Positions 26,282 through 39,570 are shown, counted from the first letter of the whole stretch. The stretch is DNA of 63,782 nt, filler included, from Cercozoa sp. M6MM (GCA_040357565.1; 16 parts of 16 records of this genome joined end to end with filler, not necessarily neighbours in it); one strand, 5' to 3'. The notes: generated from the sequence alone by a model not told the origin. Translations and numbers: made by a program.

Positions 26282-27707
26282 TCAACCTCGGGAGAAACCA
26301 AATCGGTTCCATCTAAACTTACGAGAGGGATTGGTTGTGATTAAAAAACCAAAAGCTCCAGAAGTACCCGGCATGCCAGGCTTCCAGCGGCCAATCCACG
26401 CAGTCGGTTTTAGTTGCACCTGTTCACTCAAAGCTGTTGGTAAGCCACTGGGCACAAACCGCAAAGTGGAAGTCTGTACACGGCACTGGATTTTATCGTT
26501 GGCAGGCAAGGCGAGAAGAGGTATTCCTTGCGGGTCCACCAGGTCCATGTCGACGGCATACACTGCGTACGGCCGCTGAGGCACAAAAGCGAACGTGAAG
26601 CACAGGTCAAACGCCTGCTAAACTAACGCACCTGACCTCGACCAAACGTGCGATCAGTGTTGGTCCAGTACGAAGCGGCAGCACGTCGCATTCGAAGCTT
26701 CGACTGTGCGCCTAAGCAATGCAATTTACACCAGCCAAATGCGTCATTTTAACCCTGCTTCTGGAGATGTTTACTTTCAAACATGCAAGTCATTCCGCTG
26801 ACGTCGTACCAGTACCACACAGCTATCAACAAACTTCAACGTCGTATCCAAAGGACAAAACTCCCCCTTTGCTTACTATTACCGAGTTGCACTGTGATAC
26901 GACGTACACCGCGCTCTTTCCAGTGCTTGAAATCACCGCGCGGAATTTCTCTCCTGCACGTCAGTTCAGTTTTGTTTGCAACATGACAGCATGACAGCTC
27001 GAAACACGAAACGCACTTGTCATCATGCACTTCCAAGAGAAACACAGGAGTCTGCCTTTGGATATCCCTGACGACATCACCCACGAACACTTCATACTCC
27101 TCAAGTGAGTCAAAGTCTTCCGCGCGGAAGGCATCATCGCCACAATCAACTGATCCATCCGGCCTGAGTCTAACTCAAAGAGGAGCAAGCATCTCCTGGT
27201 CTCTTGCGCCGGAGTATTGAGTGTGTACTTTCGCACGTCTGTGCCCTTGCCGGACCTATGCAGACGCACATGAGCGTCAGCAACGCCGACCGGCGCTAAA
27301 CACCGCTCGACGGAGAAACGCCACGCACTCGCAGCTTCAGCGAAAGCCGACAAAGCTACTGGACCTGCAGAAAGCGAGTTTCACGTGAAAGGGCGATTTT
27401 TTACAGGGAACTTTGTCTTAAAAGACAGCACCAAATTGCGGAGGTGCCACGATCGCAGGCGCGGATACATGTGGACGTTTCGTGATGCGATCTTCCGAAG
27501 AGTGCATGTCGTCGCCCAACAGCACCACCTGCTCCGGGCAGAGAGAGGCAAATGATGATGCGCCGTACCTGCACAGGCATTTGGGGACTGTAAACTCGAA
27601 ACCCGAGGCACCAACAGCGCAACGAACCAGCAAAGCCAGAGCGCCAGCACTGCGGCAGCGGCCGCGATCGCAGAAGTTCGCTGTGACCTCTCATTCACTG
27701 ACATCAC
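26282..27707 (-). CDS. Hypothetical signal-anchored protein
   Basis: Hydrophobic N-terminus (AIAAAAAVLALWLCWFVALLV) followed by several minus-strand ORF segments; exon structure unresolved. Confidence 0.3.
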
Positions 27708-28303
27708 ATTAAGCCTATCGATAAGCAGTCGAAGGGCGATTAGATTTCAAACACATTACATGACCGATACCCACTTTGCTGGAGGGGTCGGTCGGTGTGT
27801 CGGGTAAGCAACCGATCAGTTCGAATTTAAGTCGCTGAGCAACTTCAACAATTTGGGGAATAAATGTGGGTAGCGAGCTGACCAATTCAAGGCGTGGTAG
27901 GACACTGAAACAGTGAGTAGAGTGAGTCGTGATAATATATGTATTCGTACTGTAGAAGCAAGCGTACGACGTCGAAACACGGCGAACAGGGCAATGCTTT
28001 CACGTTCCGTTGACCAATTTAAGTTAGACGACAGCAAATCAATCAAATCAAAATACGGTAACGACGCGGAAAAAGAGGCTTAAGATACCGCACGTTCCGA
28101 ACCATAAGAGCTTACTGCGCGTGCTGACTCAATCGAATACCTCCGCTTCTGTCAATTCCATTATTTTTCTTTCGTTTGCATTTCCCGGCATACGTGCTCT
28201 TTAGCACTGCCAAGCCTGGGCTACTAAAGGGTGCGGTAGCAAATCTGTAAGCTCAGCTAGCGTCGTTCCCGACTCCGCGCGGGTGGGCGTCTCTACGCAC
28301 ATA

Positions 28304-28338
<35 letters not shown>

Positions 28339-28438
28339 NNNNNNNNNNNNNNNNNNNNNNNNNNNNNNNNNNNNNNNNNNNNTTAATTAATTAANNNNNN
28401 NNNNNNNNNNNNNNNNNNNNNNNNNNNNNNNNNNNNNN

Positions 28439-28495
<57 letters not shown>

Positions 28496-28503
28496 TTATT
28501 GAG

Positions 28504-28665
28504 GGGAATGAGGACAGGCACCACCCGTCGCACTCGTTCTTCAGCGGCGACGGTTTCTGGCACGAGGGTCCTCTGTACGTGCTGGTGCTGCTGCAGCTGC
28601 TCGGCATTCGCGTGCTCTTCTTTTGCGACGACGCGTCCGCCGGCGAACTTTTCTCGCAGATGGGG

Positions 28666-28701
<36 letters not shown>

Positions 28702-29180
28702 GTATATATATATACCAGTTATTGATAATACCCTGTGTGTTGTAGCATGTGTGCATTCGGCCTCGCTCTGTTCGGTTACCTGGGCAACCAGGTTTGTTGA
28801 TATTATTGATGTATATCTATATTTATAGGTACGTGTGGAGTGTATATACTTGGGCTAACTACAGCTGCACTACGCCATGCACATTCGCGGCCACTGGCTC
28901 GAGCGGTTCGAGGGCTTCCTGCTCATGCGAGAACTGCACTGGATCCATCACAAGGTGTCTATACATAGTATACCTATTATACACATTTTATACTCTTAAT
29001 GCTCATGCACTGTAGGGCGACATGAAGAAGAATCTGATGCTGCTGAATTTCTCGATGGACGAACTGTTTGGCAGCAAGAACTACAACCGCGAGATCGACG
29101 AGGCGCTGGCCGGCACCAAGGAGCCGCGCGAGCGACTACGCCGGCAGGCCCGAGCTGCTCTCCAGCAAACTGCCAACTGA
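28504..29180 (+). CDS. Fatty acid hydroxylase / sterol desaturase superfamily protein (5'-partial)
   Basis: His boxes LHYAMH and LHWIHH, followed by N...MDELFGS. Confidence 0.75.
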
Positions 29181-29453
29181 TCCGATCATATTAGCCCCGG
29201 CTCAAGTCGATCTCGTCTAACGGAGCAATCAACAATACAAGTTTTAGCAACGGTAGATGTATGAGCGGGCTTCAGCAGACTCACGCCGGATGATCTTAGA
29301 TGCGAGTTCCCCAGCCAATTCTCGAGAAAGAATATTCTCGATGATCTTCTCTACAGAACCACTGGTGGCTACGCTAAAGTGGGATCTTTCTGCTTTCTGG
29401 AGGGTTCTACAGGTGCACAGTACAGAACTTTTATTGTATCGCTTGGACCACAA

Positions 29454-30139
29454 ATGGGCGGCACACCACCGAGCGACGCGTCGGCAGCGAGTGAGCGTCT
29501 TGTCGAGGTGCATGTTGTGCATTGCGTTTTGCGTAGTTGTGATGGTTGTGCACCGGGCAGGTCGCCGAGGAGCTCAACGTGCCCGTGGACGCAGTGGAGC
29601 TGTTCGTACGCTTTCTTTTCTCGGCTTGTATTTATGGTTCTATGGGCCCACTGCGCAGAGCGAGAGCGATGGCGCGCTTAGCGTTGCGTTTGTGGCGCAA
29701 TACGGCTGCGAGTCCGAGTCGAACGAGTCGCCGCACAGTGGCAAAGCGCGTGTTTTTGTGAAGACACTGCCGTCGCAGGAGTTCCTGCTCAACCTGTGCC
29801 GCGAGCAGCAGCTGTTTGAGAGAGAGGCAACTTGCTTGCGACAGTGCACTGCTAAAGCTGCTGAGTTGGACCAATGTGCCACACTGTACGTGCCTCGCTT
29901 GCGGCACGCCTCGGCCTCTTGCCTGGCTATGGAGCACCTAGCTGACCTCGGTTTCTCCAACGTGCCGTCGCAGCAAGCTGAGTCGGTGCGCGGCACCACT
30001 CTGCGCACGCCGCTGTCGTATCAGCAGATGCGACAGGCGCTGAGCGCCCTCGCCGAGTTCCACGCGCTCTTTTTCGACGACGAATCTGGTACGGTGTATA
30101 TACTGCTGTCTGTGTGTGTCTGTGTCTGTGTCTGTGTCT

Positions 30140-30180
<41 letters not shown>

Positions 30181-30877
30181 TGTGTGTGTGTGTGTGTGTT
30201 TGTGTTTGTATACTTGTCTACTTGTCTACTTGTCTACTTGTCTACTGGTCTGGTGTGCCTTTGTTTAGCTCTCAGCGAGTTCGACCCGCTGTTCGATGAA
30301 GAGAAACATCGCAACTTTGTGATGGGTGCCTTCGACTACGGTGTTACTGACTTGAAGCGTCTGGTACAGTTTTTGACTTGACTTTTCGGGAGGGGAAGAC
30401 AGGAGGATATTTCCTGTATGTCCACGCAGGAAGAGAAGGGCTCTCTTGAGGCGCAAGTTGTGGCCTCTGTGGAGCAGATGCGCGAGCACTTCAAGCAAGA
30501 TAACATCAACGTTCCGCGCCATTGCTTTTTGACCCACGGCGATCTGTAACTTTTCAACTCCCCCACCTCCCCCTCCCGTTTACCCCCGTTGCTCCCTTAG
30601 ATGGTCGCCGAACCTCTTGTGGCGCGACGATCGAGTCGCGTTTGTCGACTTTCAGTTCACGAAGCGCGGCGAGCCGCTGCATGACGTGTACTTTTTGCTC
30701 TTCTCGGCTATGGAGACTGAAGCGCGCCACGAACACTTTGACGCGCTGCTCGAGCACTACACTGCACACCTTTTGTCGCTCATCCCGGCCGACAAGCACG
30801 CCAAGGCGCTGCAGCTCTTGCGTGGAGCCGAGCCGCATGCTCGCGCAGGTATCTGGTTTATCCTTTCTCTGTGTGCC

Positions 30878-30921
<44 letters not shown>

Positions 30922-31094
30922 GTACATATCTATGTGTATATCGTGCAGTGCGTCAAACGGTGCTGCAACTGATTGCTGGAGTGTGCGATATGTTTTTGAC
31001 GGACGATGAACTCGCATCACGCTATTTCGCGATGCTGCGCGATCTTGGCGAGGCGTTCCTTAAATCCCAAGACGCCCAAGCTCTTTCAAATTAA
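29454..31094 (+). CDS. Ecdysteroid-kinase-like (EcKL/CHK, APH-fold) small-molecule kinase
   Basis: VFVKTLP, LFERE, LAMEHLADLGF, LAEFHA, THGDLWSPNLL and VDFQFTKRGEPLHDVYFLL. Confidence 0.82.
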
Positions 31095-31359
31095 CTGCGC
31101 TGGTGACTGGGCAGACCCGAAACAATAGCCACTTAGCCAATTGCGCTACAGTGCTAGAGCAGTCTCGTCTCAGTCCTAGTTGGCGGACTGGCGTCGACAG
31201 CGACATCACGTAGAATTCGAACCAGGCGGGCGGACGACTCTCGCATTCAGCGGTTGTGACAGCATGATGAACGAACTTTATAGCTCTGCGCGCTGTCGAA
31301 GTAAACCTCCAGAGGAGCGAAAGGGACTGCTGACATAACTTAGAACTAGTTCGGTTAAC

Positions 31360-31600
31360 TCAGGGATTGCGAGCCTGCGCGATGGAGTCGCTGTTGGAGT
31401 AACTCGGCGGCAGCAGAATTGAAGCCTTGGGCCACAGGATGTGGTACACGCGCTTGAGTGTTGAGTCACCCACCTGTCCAGCAGCAGCACGAGTCCACAC
31501 ACACACACAGTCAGACAGTCTTTGAATACAGTCGAGGTACAGAGGCAGCCTGCGCAAAGTCCTTGACTGGCACGGCGTGCTCTTTCGGGGCAGTTGTTGA
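31360..31600 (-). CDS. 3' end of a TFIIB-family protein
   Basis: Spliced PVKDFAQAASVGDSTLKRVYHILWPKASILLP resembles the end of the second TFIIB cyclin repeat. Confidence 0.5.
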
Positions 31601-31767
31601 CTGCAGCAGTCAAGAGGGTCAAGGGTCAAGAGTCAAGAGGGTCAAGGGTCAAGANNNNNNNNNNNNNNNNNNNNNNNNNNNNNNNNNNNNNNNNNNNNTT
31701 AATTAATTAANNNNNNNNNNNNNNNNNNNNNNNNNNNNNNNNNNNNNNNNNNNNTGTGTCTGTGTGT

Positions 31768-31824
<57 letters not shown>

Positions 31825-31827
31825 CAG

Positions 31828-31937
31828 TGGCCACAAGGCACGCGGCGCGCCAACAAGCGGCGCGGCAACGGCGCCGTGCTCATGACGTTTACTACCAAGG
31901 AGGTACTGTCTCCCATGCTGGGGGCAACGAGTGAACA

Positions 31938-31988
<51 letters not shown>

Positions 31989-32048
31989 GGCAGTGCACTG
32001 CAGAGTCGCTCACTGTTCAGCAATGCACCCATGGCCAGTTGTACCCTC

Positions 32049-32112
<64 letters not shown>

Positions 32113-33740
32113 TCTCCTCTGTGTGTGTCTCTCTCTCTCTGTCTCTCTCTCTCTCCTCTGTGTGTGTCTCTCTCTCTGTCTGTCTCTCTCTCTGTCTGTC
32201 TCTCTCTCTCTGTCTGTCTCTCTCTCTCTCTGTCTGTCTCTCTCTCTCTCTTTCTCTCTGAGTTTGTGTCTGTCTCTCTGTCTCTCTGTCTCTCTGTCTC
32301 TCTACGTCTGTGGACAGGCAGGCAGGCAGACAGACAGACACGGGCAGAGGGAGGACACACATACACATATGCGCGTGTGGTTGCGCAGGCGATGGCTACG
32401 TGAGTGCGTTCCTGCCACACGGCACCTGCGCCGTGCGCTACACGGACGGCGCCGAGTTCGCCGGCAGCATGCAGCACGCGCGTCGGCACGGACACGGACA
32501 GTTCGTGTGTCAGTGTATGCACACTCTATCCCTACCTATGGACTGTCTTTGCCCGTCTAGATGGCCCGTCTAGATGGCCCGTCAGTATGGCCTATGTCTC
32601 TTTGTACTGCTGTGTGTATGCGAGACTGCGTGTTCAGTGGGTACACTGGAGGGCGACTTCTGCCAGGACCTGCCGCATGGACCGGTGTGTCTTGGCCCTG
32701 TCGTGTCTCCTATCCACGCACGAAATGCGTGCGTGTGTCTTTGTGTTTGCGCAGTGCCACCTGTCGATGCAAGTGAACGACTTTGACATTGACTACATTG
32801 GCGACTATCGTAACGGTACCTGTTGTACCTAGCTGGTAAGGGGAAGGGGTCAGGAGTCAGCTCTCTGTGTCTGCACAGGCTTAAAGCAAGGTGGCGGTGT
32901 CCTCACGATCACCTGCGACAGGTATACTTTGTTCTGTCTGTCTGCTGTCTGTCTCTCTGTCTCTCTGTATGTCTGTCTACACGTTTTTTTAGCAGTGCGC
33001 AAGCGCGCCTGGAGGGCACCTTCGTTGACGACAAGTTTGCTCGTGGCAGCGTCAGTCTTACTCGTGGTATTCTGTGTGTGTGTGCGTGTGTGTGTGCGTG
33101 TGTGTGTGTGTGACTGTGCAGGAATGTTCGTGTGTGTCTGTGTGTCTGTGTCTGAGCTTGTGTGCTTGTGTGCTTGTGTGCAGAAGGCAAGCAGCGTTAC
33201 CGATGGGAAGGCAGTCTCGCGGAAGGCGGCACGCTGACTCACCTGGCGTACTACTTCTATTCAGTCACTATATATATATATATATATATATAGATGATAT
33301 ACATAGCATATACAGATATGTCTGTATGTGTGTGTGAGTGTAGAGACGACGGCAGCGAGGTGCAAGCAGAGGTCGCGTGGACAGCGGCGGCAGGCGGCGA
33401 ACTGCGGCGAGGCACGCTCTTCTACCGCGACGCCGCCGAACACTCGGCCGAAACGGCGCGCTACACGGGCGACCTCGTGCCGCAACGCTTCCCTCTTCTC
33501 GTACCCCGTCCATCTATGCACACGCCACACGCACGTGCACACAGTGAACAAACCTGTGTATTGTACTCTGTATGTACAGACACTGGTGGACATGTGCACA
33601 CGCGTGCAGCGAGGCGAGGTACCATGTCCTTCCGACAGTCAGTGCTTGCAGACTCACATGCAGAGTGATCTCCCTGTAGACGCCCAACAAGGAGGTTTTC
33701 GACGACTTGTTTCTTGACTTGTACCCCACTCTCCTTTGTG

Positions 33741-33778
<38 letters not shown>

Positions 33779-35002
33779 ATTGCACATGTGTGTGTGACAG
33801 AGAGTGGCAGCGCAGCGGCAGGGGAACCGTCGCTGTGCCGAGTGGTCACACCGTCACTCTGTGCGAAACCGACGGTGCCGGCGGTGTGACCCACCGTGAG
33901 ATGACGCTCATGTGGCCGTGTGGACACATCTACACGGGCCACCTCGATCAGCGCGGACGTCGACACGGACATGGCTGCCAGATCTGGCTCGTTGGTACAC
34001 CCCGGTGGGTCTCTTTTCTGTACCGAGACGGTTGTTGTGTGTCAGATGGCGAGGTGGCACTCCGCTACGACGGCAGTTTCGGTACATTTGTACGATATGT
34101 TTGGACTCCAGTCGGTGTACTAGACTGTACGCAGACCAGGACAGGCGGCACGGTCGGGCAGAAGTGACCTTTTGTACCATCGTGCTTTGTTTAAGGGGGT
34201 TGTTGTACACGTGTACCTGCACACATGGGTGCACTCGCACAGCGAGAGACGGCGACGGCCGCAAAATCGACGAGGAGTGCTTCGAACTCGAGTTCCGCGA
34301 GGACTGTCCATTTGTACGCGCGTCCTTACGTCCCGTTCATATGGGATTATCTATGATCTTTTTGTCTATATGGACTGTCTATATCTACAAATTGACAGAG
34401 CGGTGGGATGACACTCTGCACGGGCGTGGAGGCGCTGCCGGTCTTCCCGTGGCACCTGTTCGGCACGCACGTGCCAATCGATCGCACTGACAGTGACACC
34501 GACACTGACACCGTGGCAGACACTGGGGCAGGCACTGAGGGTCACAGTGGCAGTGTCACTGTCGACGCAACCGTCAGTGAAGGCAAGAACGACAGTGACG
34601 ACGGTGACAGCGACGAGGGTCGGCCGAGTGACGGTGCTTGTGCTACCGTCAGCAGTGCCTGGCGCGACCTCCTGCCACTCGCGTTGATTCGCGTGCTGCG
34701 CATGCACTGTAAGCGCAGGTGCTGCTCCCTATTTTCCTGCTTGTAGCCAAGCTCTCCCCTGTGCTCCACTCAGTCATGCTTATGTTGTGTTCACGCTTGT
34801 GGTGTGTGTGTGTGTGTATGTGAGTGTGTGTGTGTGTGTGTGTGTGTCAACAACAGGGTGCAGCAACTACGGCATGAGGAGGGCAAAGCCAAGGACGTGC
34901 TCGTGTGCAACGGCGCCATGTGCATGCTCTGTCGCGATCGGTAGACTAGCTTTGTTTTGAACCTGAGCCTTCTTTGTGTGAGTCTGCTGGGGATCTTAAT
35001 GT

Positions 35003-35064
<62 letters not shown>

Positions 35065-35254
35065 TGTGTGTGTGTGTGTGTATGTGTGTGTGTGTGTGTG
35101 TGTGTGTTTGTGTCTTAGGAGTGTGGAAACTGTGCTCGTGCCGTGTGGACACACCTGCATGTGCCGCAAGTGCGTCGTGCTACAAGTGGCGCCGCTGACG
35201 TGCCCGTGCTGTGAGCAACGCGTGCAGCGCGTGGTGCGCATCTTCCGCGCCTAA
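31828..35254 (+). CDS. MORN-repeat protein with C-terminal RING finger (5'-partial)
   Basis: Repeats such as FAGSMQHARRHGHG, YIGDYRNGLKQGGG and YTGHLDQRGRRHGHG; C-terminal CMLC...VLVPCGHTCMCRKC...CPCC. Confidence 0.75.
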
Positions 35255-35685
35255 ATGTATCCTCGACGGATTGAACGAATGGAACAGGTTGTCCCTGTCC
35301 AGCCCTTCTGACGAGAGTCCGAGTCGAGTCGCACGGCATGCGCATCGCATGGCCACACGACACCAGCGCAAGTGTAGCATACCGTATTTGATTAACCCAA
35401 CATGCGATAGTGCGTGTGAGCAACGACGGAATGAACTTGTGTGCGAGACGCGTACGGTATGGGGTCGCATTATTAACGTATTCGATTAACGTATTCGATT
35501 AAACACCGGGTAATATTGAGGTCTAGACGCTCGCGTCGACGTCGTGTCATACGATACGCGACATGAAATCGAACGGAATGCCCAAACGAAGGAAAGTAAC
35601 AATCGAATGAACGGAATCCGTCTGAGTCGAGTTTAGTAGACTCGTCGACTCGGAGTACAGTTGAGAGTGAGAGTCAAGTCCCGGA

Positions 35686-35936
35686 TCATTGCTCAAAGAT
35701 GGCGGCAACGTTGGCTGGCGCATCCGAGAAGTGCACTGTTCATATATATATATGAATTTATTTGCGGTAGATATATCTTGTATATTGAGCGTACGCGTGG
35801 AAAAGCGGATGGCGTTGACGAGCGTGTTGACGGCGGCCTGCAGCTGCGGGTGCTCACGCGGAAACTCGCGCACCAGCAGTTCGCCGGCGCGCTTGACGGC
35901 CACGGGCGATTTCTTGTGGAAGGCGCCACTCTGGTC
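35686..35936 (-). CDS. FAM49: 3' end of CYRI/FAM49 Rac1 regulator
   Basis: Spliced GAFHKKSPVAVK...VNTLVNAIRFSTLHFSDAPANVAAIFEQ* matches the CYRI C-terminus (GAFxKxS...LLNALRYTTxHL). Confidence 0.75.
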
Positions 35937-36222
35937 CTGCATAGGGGACGGGGGTTCTCAGGGTCAAGGGTAGCCAGGGTCAAGGGTCAGTCAGGGTCAG
36001 GGGGTTAGAGGTCAGGGGGTTAGAGGTCAGGGGGTTAGAGGTCANNNNNNNNNNNNNNNNNNNNNNNNNNNNNNNNNNNNNNNNNNNNTTAATTAATTAA
36101 NNNNNNNNNNNNNNNNNNNNNNNNNNNNNNNNNNNNNNNNNNNNCCCCCCCCCCTCTTTACCTCCCTCTTTACCCCCTCTTTACTCCCCTCTTTACCTCC
36201 CTCTTTACCTCCTCTTTAATAG

Positions 36223-38245
36223 GCCTTGCACACTGGTATCCCGGCATCGATTGTGTCGCCGATGAAGACGGCGCCTGCCACACAGTATTTTGTGTCTTCC
36301 GGGGGGGGGGGGGGGTAAAGCTAGCCTCCTGTGCCACAGGAAGTACCACGCCATGCCTGCGTTGATGCGTCGCTTCCACGCGGATGCACAGGAGTCGGAA
36401 GAGGCACCGTCGGTGGCGTCGGCGCACCAGGGCAGCGACATTGCCAGCGCCGAGAAGAGCGCCGAGACCGCCGAGGAAGAATGGGCGCGCAAGACCAAGA
36501 GCATTGCCGTATTGTCCCCATTTACCCCCCCCCCCCCCCCCTTTACCCCCTTTTGCCCCCTCTTTACCCCCCTTTGCCCCCTCTTTACCCTTTGCCCCCT
36601 CCCACAGGTGCACATGATGCCACAACGCGCGTCGCAGCTGCCGCCCGACAGCGATGACGAAGAGGCTGTTGCGGTAGAGTTTTTTAAGGGTCACTCTGTG
36701 TGGTCACTTTGTGTATTGACTGGTATCCGCGCGGATGTGTGTCTGCAGCCGGCGGAGGAGGAGAAACCGACGCCAGAAGAAAGCGAAGAAGAAGAGAACT
36801 TCAGCGCTGGCGAAGTCTCGGTGGAGTCGGTATTACCCCCCCCCCCCCCACCCCTTACACCACCCTTACCCCCCCCCCGCAGGAGGAAGGCGAGGCGCCG
36901 CAGCCCTACACGGACGAGGCATGGGAGTGGGCGACACTGCCGAGTGTCAAGTTCCCCGAGGGACCCGGGGAGGCACAGGAGGTGCCCTGGATGCAGCAGG
37001 GCAAGCTCGGCGTGCTCAAGTCGCATCTGGTGGCTTTNNNNNNNNNNNNNNNNNNNNNNNNNNNNNNNNNNNNNNNNNNNNNNNNNNNNNNNNNNNNNNN
37101 NNNNNNNNNNNNNNNNNNNNNNNNNNNNNNNNNNNNNCCCCCCCCTGGTAGGTGGCGAGGACGGTGCAGCGAAATTGTGGAATGTGCGCAAGATCATGAA
37201 GAGTCACAAGGTGAGTTTAACCCCCCTGTTTACCCCCCTGTTTACCCCCCCCCCTCTGACACAGCAAAGTACCCTGTCGCGCAAGGACCCGGGTCTGACG
37301 CCGTCGATGCAGCGTGTGCAACTGTACGACCCGAACATTACGCTGCTGCGGCATACGGTTTTACCCCCTCTTTACCCCCCTCTTTACCCCCCTGTTTACC
37401 CCTTCCCCCCTCTTCCCCCGGCAGGCGCCAGTGTTGTCGCTCGCGGTGAACGAAGAGAACCAACGTGTCTTCACTGCGGGTAGCCATGCTTGTGTTTTAC
37501 CCCCCCCCCCCCTGTTTACCCCTACACCCCCCGCCCCCCAGGTGCCGACGGTTTGGTGTGTGCCTGGCGACTGCCCGAGCAGCCGCACAAGACGGACAAA
37601 TACTCGCCGCAAGGTCGTGTGGCGCCTTTGCTTACTCGGGTACCATGAGTGGTTAGGGGGGTAGGGGGAGAGGGGGGTAAATGCACTTGTTGTAGGTACG
37701 CGAGCACAATGACGCCGTCTGGAGTGTTGTCACGTACTTTACCCCCCCCCCCCCNNNNNNNNNNNNNNNNNNNNNNNNNNNNNNNNNNNNNNNNNNNNNN
37801 NNNNNNNNNNNNNNNNNNNNNNNNNNNNNNNNNNNNNNNNNNNNNNNNNNNNNNCCCCCCCAGAATGGCGAAGACGACGAAGAGGACAGCGTGCTGCTGC
37901 AACTGACGCGCGACGACAACGATGCACTTGCTGTCACTGTACAGATTTATACCCCCCTGTTTACCCCCCTGCTAACCCCCTCTGTTTACCCCCCTGTTTA
38001 CCCACATGTACAGTCGTACGGCGCGGCAGGTGCGCCGCTGCGGCCGACGCGAATTTGTTTCGGCGACTCTCTGTCGCAAGTGTTCGCCGGCTTCACTTGT
38101 GGTAGTGTTTTACCCCCCCCCCTCGTACTCTCTTTACCCCCCTACATGAAGGCACGATCGCGCACGTGGACACGGAGCACGAGAGCGTGGTGAGTGAGTG
38201 GCGGCCGCCGGCAGAACTGCGCGCCTTCCGGGCGACTGCGCTGGG
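36223..38245 (+). CDS. Striatin-like WD40 protein (partial, gapped)
   Basis: VLKSHL...GEDGAAKLWNV...YDPNITLLRHTAPVLSLAV...VFTAGADGLVCAWRLP...HNDAVWSV, collinear with the striatin WD domain and preceded by an acidic linker. Confidence 0.7.
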
Positions 38246-39047
38246 TTCTTACCCCACTATATACCCCTGTTTATCCCCCCCCCCCNNNNNNNNNNNNNNN
38301 NNNNNNNNNNNNNNNNNNNNNNNNNNNNNTTAATTAATTAANNNNNNNNNNNNNNNNNNNNNNNNNNNNNNNNNNNNNNNNNNNNACGCGTCAAACTCAA
38401 ACATCTGCTGTTCGACACACGCACACACACACACACAGGTAGTGAGTACTCATGTAGTAGGTTTGTAAACCTCTAAATGCGGCTCCGCTGGCTGTCACAG
38501 CCAGAATCGACAGCAACGTCGTTGTCAACACCTAGCACAGTAAAGTACTGCTTAAGGCTCAACTAAAGCGCCAGAATCAAGACTCATACTGACTTGATAC
38601 CAGAGCCATCTTTGCCAGACCGAGAAGTGAGTGTCTCTTTAGTTTCGAATGCGATGCAAGCTTGCGCGGCGACGAGTTTAGCGAAGTAGCTCACACGATG
38701 CCCAATTTTGAGTAATAGTTACCGAGGCCTGCACGGGCTGCACCTGATGTTTGCACGCGTCAAACTCAAAAATCTGCTGTTCGGACTTGGCCCGGTTCAG
38801 TTAAAAACTGTGGAACTCTCGGTTTTGGTATGCTTTGTGAATAAAGTAGCTGCGCTGAACTGAACAGTTTACAGTCAGTTGAATTAGTTGAGTCTGAATT
38901 ATCGAAAACCCTGCCGGTCGGTACTAAAGGGAACAGAAACCGAAGTCACCATCTCCGCAACAGTATACATAGCTAACGTAATTAATGCGCACTACGCTAA
39001 GATGTGTCAACAATTAGAGCATCATTCTATGTCACTTTGCAAGCGAA

Positions 39048-39184
39048 GAAGCGGGATTTGGTCGCACCGACCATGAAGTCGACTTCGGTGTCTAAGGGGA
39101 ATTGTATGGTCCTACCCTAAGCGGGTGCAGGGGAACTACATAGACTCAACTAACTAACTCAACTAGCGAAGCGGGATTTGGTCG
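39048..39184 (+). mobile_element. About 100-bp SINE-like or 5'-truncated retroelement copy with (AACT)n tail and 17-bp target-site duplication
   Basis: GAAGCGGGATTTGGTCG occurs at 39048-39064 and 39168-39184. The insert matches 45705-45864 apart from three deletions. Confidence 0.8.
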
Positions 39185-39185
39185 G

Positions 39186-39570
39186 TCAGGACAGCACGGC
39201 ACTGGCAACGTGAGCGTCGGCGAACTGCTCGTACGGCGAGGCAGCGTACTCGGACTGCTGCTGCTGCTGTTGTTGCTGTTGTTGTTGCTGTTGCTGCTGT
39301 TGTTGTTGGGCCTGTGAAGGCACCATCGGGAAGGCCATCTCGCCTTCGACTTCGGAGGACTCGAAACTTGACTCCTGACTCGGCTCCAGACTCGGCTCAA
39401 GGGGCATCGGCTCACGTGTCGGCTCATGATGACTCGGCTCAAGTGTCGGCTCATGAAGACTCGGCTCAAGGTTCGGCTGAAGATCGGGCTCATGTGTCGA
39501 CTCAAACTGCTGCGTCGACTGGGGGACAAAATCGAGATACGACTCCGTGAGCTCTTCCTCTTGCTCTGTG
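39186..39570 (-). CDS. Last exon of an acidic/polyQ low-complexity protein
   Basis: EQEEELTESYLDF...(EPxxx)n...polyQ...SAVLS*, downstream of a C-rich intron. Confidence 0.55.

Noticed and set aside
31213-31223. tRNA B-box-like GGTTCGAATTC on the minus strand
   Set aside because: There is no T-stem complementarity or cloverleaf around it.
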